Shown piece by piece: positions 60,485 to 64,000 of a stretch of DNA of 64,000 bases. The notes under the pieces are model-generated. The model ran no database searches. It was not told the origin of the DNA and was given only the letters and a program-made list of their open reading frames with translations. Source of the stretch: Synergistales bacterium (GTDB lineage Bacteria > Synergistota > Synergistia > Synergistales > JAFGMB01); assembly GCA_963666205.1 (NCBI GenBank), contig OY762654.1:2592001-2656000 (forward strand), written 5' to 3'. Both the position numbers and the translations under genes were made by a program. Each line of letters starts with the position of its first letter. The stretch's first letter is position 1.

Positions 60485-61408
60485 ATGAGATCAGTAATTA
60501 AAAGGATCTGGTACTGGTTTTTTGTCTCAGGAATGATATTTATGACTGTTGTCTTCTATATTATCTGGTACAGGTACTATGCTTCGATCCATCCTGAGAT
60601 AATTAAAGCTGAACCCTTCTCTTATGCAGAAGAGATCCCAATAGAGGGATGGCTGTTATGGGATGAAGAAATGGTCAATTCCTCTTCGGAAGGTACTATC
60701 AGTTACATGTACCCCGGGCAGATAGTGAGAATTTCAAGTGGGGCGATTCTGGGCCAGATCAGAAGGGGATCTTCCATTACAGAAAAGATAAGGGCAGTAA
60801 AAGAAGGCTACTTTATTCCTGCAACTGATGGACGGGAGGGAACCTGGACTTATTCCTATCTCTGGAACAGCCGTGGAAACATTTCTGATCCTGAAACTAT
60901 CTGGTACCAGAATGAAAGTCATGTGCGAAAAGGCCAGACAGTGGGAAAACTTGTGTATCAGCCTCAGAGACTGAAATGTGTGGCTTTTGCTGATCTGACG
61001 CCCGAGCTTGAGAGAGATCTGAAGGGCGGAAATGTAAGAATAAAACAGGAACCTCTGGATCTTCCACAGGAAGTCACTGTGAGGGTCTTTAAATTTCTGG
61101 GAAGTCATAAAGTCCAGATCTACATGGATCTGCCATTTTTCCCTATGGGCAGCATCGGTTCAAGACGGGTATCCTATACCCTGTATACTGGTGAAAAAGC
61201 TGGAGTTACCATTCCGGAATCCTGCCTTGTGATGCGAAAGGGGATCAAAGGTGTTTTTCAGGTAAAGGGTAATTTTTCTGAATTTACCAGGGTGGAAGGA
61301 GCTCCCTTGAAAGATAGAAATTTCTTTGTCAGCAGGGGCCTGAAACCCGGGAATCTGATCATCTTGAATGGAAGCAAAGCCAGGGAGGGGAGGCTTAAGC
61401 TGTGGTAG
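60485..61408 (+). CDS. Membrane-anchored protein, probably membrane-fusion (HlyD-like) fold
   Basis: N-terminal TM, lipoyl-like half motifs (SSSEGTI, IRAVKEG), C-terminal GVTIPESCL...GLKPG; overlaps yggS. Confidence 0.55.
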   Translation: MRSVIKRIWYWFFVSGMIFMTVVFYIIWYRYYASIHPEIIKAEPFSYAEEIPIEGWLLWDEEMVNSSSEGTISYMYPGQIVRISSGAILGQIRRGSSITEKIRAVKEGYFIPATDGREGTWTYSYLWNSRGNISDPETIWYQNESHVRKGQTVGKLVYQPQRLKCVAFADLTPELERDLKGGNVRIKQEPLDLPQEVTVRVFKFLGSHKVQIYMDLPFFPMGSIGSRRVSYTLYTGEKAGVTIPESCLVMRKGIKGVFQVKGNFSEFTRVEGAPLKDRNFFVSRGLKPGNLIILNGSKAREGRLKLW

Positions 61409-62112
61409 GTATCTTGAAAGACCGAATTCTCAGGATAAAGGACCGGATATCGGAATCTGCACGTAAAAGCGGTAGAGATCCCTCTGATGTTATCCTTGTT
61501 GCAGTTACCAAGACGCGCACTCTTGATGAAATTCTGGAAGCGGCTAACACCGGTGAAATTTCCGTTTTTGGAGAGAACCGCGTACAGGAAGGAGAAGGAA
61601 AGATCCTTTCATGGCCCTGCGAGCTGGATGTTAGATGGCATCTGATAGGACATCTCCAAAGAAATAAGGCTAGAAAAGCCATGGATCTTTTCAAGTGCAT
61701 TCAGAGCGTGGATTCAATCAGATTGGCGGAGTTAATTAACCGGGTAAGTGCGGAAAGAGGAATCCCTATGGATGTTTTTCTGGAAATCAACACATCTGGT
61801 GAAGCTAGTAAATTCGGTATTTTACCTATGGAAGCAGAATCTGTCTGTCTTGAGATCTTTGAGAAATATCCTTTCTTGAAGATCAATGGGCTTATGACCA
61901 TAGGACCTTTATCTAATGATGAGAAATTAGTCCGTTCATCTTTCTCTCTGCTCAGGGAATTGAAGGAAAAAATGGAGACATCATCAGGAAGAAGGATATC
62001 GGATCTTTCCATGGGAATGAGCGGAGATTACGAATGGGCCATTGAGGAGGGGAGTACCATGGTAAGGATCGGTTCTGCTCTTTTCGGACCCAGAGTTTAT
62101 GATAGGGATTAG
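61402..62112 (+). CDS. yggS: PLP homeostasis protein
   Basis: LVAVTKT, FGENRVQE, WHLIGHLQRNK, GLMTIGP, LSMGMSGDY..AIEEGSTMVRIGSALFG. Confidence 0.97.
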   Translation: MVGILKDRILRIKDRISESARKSGRDPSDVILVAVTKTRTLDEILEAANTGEISVFGENRVQEGEGKILSWPCELDVRWHLIGHLQRNKARKAMDLFKCIQSVDSIRLAELINRVSAERGIPMDVFLEINTSGEASKFGILPMEAESVCLEIFEKYPFLKINGLMTIGPLSNDEKLVRSSFSLLRELKEKMETSSGRRISDLSMGMSGDYEWAIEEGSTMVRIGSALFGPRVYDRD

Positions 62113-62122
62113 GAGGGATAAC

Positions 62123-62560
62123 ATGATAAGGAGCCTCCTGGAACTCCTTGGACTTGTTGAAGAAACTGAGAATGACGACATTTTTGAAGACCTTATGGAT
62201 GATGAACACGAGGAAAGGAAACAGCGGGTATTAAGCCCTGCACCGCCCCTGGTATCTGTAGTAATATGCAGGGGAGATAATTGCCTTGAGAACAGGGAAG
62301 ATCTGGCAGAAGTGCTCCGACAGGGGAAGATAATCATTGCTGACCTCAGGGAAATAGAGAGAGAACCAGGCCAGACTTTTCTTGATTTCATATGTGGCGT
62401 GGCTTACGCTGCACATGGTTCCGTAGCAAGGCTTGCTCCAGGTATTTTTATCGTCTCCCCGCGAAAGTCCATGATTGAGGAATGGGAATACTCTGTGGAT
62501 AAAGAATGCTACCATGAAGAGGAGGTTGATGATCTTGAAGGAGCTTCTTACCGCTCTTGA
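62123..62560 (+). CDS. sepF: Cell division protein SepF (divergent)
   Basis: N-terminal amphipathic LLELLGL, FLDFICGVAYA.HGS....APGIFIVSP; between yggS and divIVA. Confidence 0.85.
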   Translation: MIRSLLELLGLVEETENDDIFEDLMDDEHEERKQRVLSPAPPLVSVVICRGDNCLENREDLAEVLRQGKIIIADLREIEREPGQTFLDFICGVAYAAHGSVARLAPGIFIVSPRKSMIEEWEYSVDKECYHEEEVDDLEGASYRS

Positions 62561-63014
62561 GATTGAGAATAAATCCTTTGCAAAGGTCCTTAGAGGATAT
62601 GATCCGTTAGAAGTTGATGAATTTCTCGATTCAGTAGCAGAGAGTCTTCATGACTATGCAGGAAGATGCAAAAGACTTGAGCAGGAGATACAGCTTCTAG
62701 ATGACCAGCTCAAGGAATATGCTAATCTGAAAAATTCTCTTCAGGAGGCTCTGTTGATGGCCCAGAGAAGTGCAGATGAAAAAGTCAGCGCATCCAAGCA
62801 GCAGGGTGAGGCTATTATCGCCGAAGCAAGAGCCAAATCCGAGAATATACTGTTTGATGCATCCAGGGAAAAAGATCACTGCATGAGAGAAGTTAACCAG
62901 CTGAGAAAACTCAAACGGGAGCTCACTTCAGAGATCAGGACACTCCTGTCCCGATTCAGCTCTCTGGTTGAGCCTGTTCAGGAAGATGAGCATCCCGACC
63001 AGGAGGATTCCTGA
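62535..63014 (+). CDS. divIVA: DivIVA domain protein
   Basis: LTALEIENKSF...RGYDPLEVDEFLD, then coiled coil with LLMAQRSADE. Confidence 0.92.
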   Translation: MKELLTALEIENKSFAKVLRGYDPLEVDEFLDSVAESLHDYAGRCKRLEQEIQLLDDQLKEYANLKNSLQEALLMAQRSADEKVSASKQQGEAIIAEARAKSENILFDASREKDHCMREVNQLRKLKRELTSEIRTLLSRFSSLVEPVQEDEHPDQEDS

Positions 63015-64000
63015 TTGCATTCACTTCCTGAGTTTAATCTTCCTGTTAAATATCTTAAGGGAGTTGGACCGGCCCGTTCCGAACATCTGAAAAAACTTGA
63101 TATAGAAACCATAGGTGACATTCTTTATACTTTTCCACGAAGATATGAGGATAGGCGTACCCTTACTCCATTGCGGGATCTTGTGGAAGGAGTAACTTCA
63201 TCGGTAATAGCCAGGATAGTTTCCATATCCAGTCGTAAGACCAGACGAAAAGACCTCAGCATTACAGAGGCAGTAATAACTGATGGCGAAAGTATTGCCT
63301 CGGTGATATGGTTTAACCGGAAAGGACTTGAAAGGATATTCCTTACGGGACAGGATGTTGCCTTTTACGGTAAAATTGAGAAGAAATATGGGAAAGCACA
63401 GTTAACAAATCCTGATTTCGAAATAATCGAGAACGATGATCAGATCTCTGAATTCAACAGGATAGTTCCTGTCTATCCAACTACTTACGGTATTTATCAG
63501 AAATGGCTGAGAAAATTTATAAGTGTAAACATTAAGCTTTTTCTTGATAAAGTAGTGGAATTTCTGCCTCCCGAGGTTGTTTCCATAAATAACCTGATGC
63601 CTCTTAGAGATGCTATTCTGCAGATGCATTATCCTTCAGATAGAGACACCTGGAAAAAAGCGAGAAAAAGGCTTGTATTTGACGAATTCTTTGTTCTTCA
63701 GGCGGGCCTTGCTATGAGGAGAAGTGCAGGTGAAAAGACTGAAGATAAAGCACCTGTTTTTTCCAGTAGCAATATCTCTTTCATTGAAGCAGCGCGGGAA
63801 ATGTTTTCATTTCCCCTCACTGCTGCTCAGAAAAGGGTATTAGTTGAAATATCGGAAGATATGGGACAGGATATACCGATGAACAGGCTTCTTCAGGGAG
63901 ATGTCGGATCAGGAAAGACCGTAATAGCAGTATTATCCATGCTTCTGGCTGTGAAAAATGGCTATCAGTCGGCCTTTATGGCTCCTACGGAAATACTGGC
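63015..64000 (+). CDS. recG: ATP-dependent DNA helicase RecG (3'-truncated by window edge; absent from ORF track)
   Basis: AGGAGG then TTG 63015; YLKGVGP, FPRRYEDR, RKRLVFDEF, LTAAQKRV, MNRLLQGDVGSGKT, MAPTEIL. Confidence 0.96.
   Translation, partial: MHSLPEFNLPVKYLKGVGPARSEHLKKLDIETIGDILYTFPRRYEDRRTLTPLRDLVEGVTSSVIARIVSISSRKTRRKDLSITEAVITDGESIASVIWFNRKGLERIFLTGQDVAFYGKIEKKYGKAQLTNPDFEIIENDDQISEFNRIVPVYPTTYGIYQKWLRKFISVNIKLFLDKVVEFLPPEVVSINNLMPLRDAILQMHYPSDRDTWKKARKRLVFDEFFVLQAGLAMRRSAGEKTEDKAPVFSSSNISFIEAAREMFSFPLTAAQKRVLVEISEDMGQDIPMNRLLQGDVGSGKTVIAVLSMLLAVKNGYQSAFMAPTEIL

Overview
Gene-dense chromosomal window from an anaerobic bacterium, most likely Synergistota. This is an inference: Firmicutes-like housekeeping genes and a DnaK lacking the Gram-negative insert occur together with an outer-membrane secretin. 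In order it holds: ctpA (partial), a divergent polysaccharide deacetylase, purA, tRNA-Val(CAC), cstA, a 2-oxoacid:ferredoxin oxidoreductase pair followed by two peroxiredoxins, folP-folK, the CIRCE-controlled hrcA-grpE-dnaK-dnaJ-prmA-mtaB cluster, hit-rpsU-yqeY, nrdR, kbl, a liv ABC transporter, pgsA, a collapsed M20 peptidase pseudogene, an MFS permease, secA, argS, rpsF-ssb-rpsR-DUF2232-rplI-dnaB, a Noc-like ParB protein, a PglL-like O-ligase, a near-complete type II secretion cluster with an embedded ParA, type III glutamine synthetase, queD-folE2, yggS-sepF-divIVA and recG (partial). No CRISPR, rRNA, IS or prophage was seen. Best leads: (1) an orphan Soj-type ParA coupled to a GspE that carries an unusual basic-tip plus acidic-linker N-terminal extension, a candidate T2SS-positioning system; (2) a selenocysteine Bcp/PrxQ split in two by the ORF track (in-frame TGA at the peroxidatic Cys, with a SECIS-like hairpin); (3) a ParB paralog with Noc-type specificity residues in an apparent diderm; (4) a PglL-like transferase heading the pseudopilin genes; (5) a non-canonical folate route (FolE2, dual PTPS-I/III, extended FolP). 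All family assignments come from motif recognition, not database searches.
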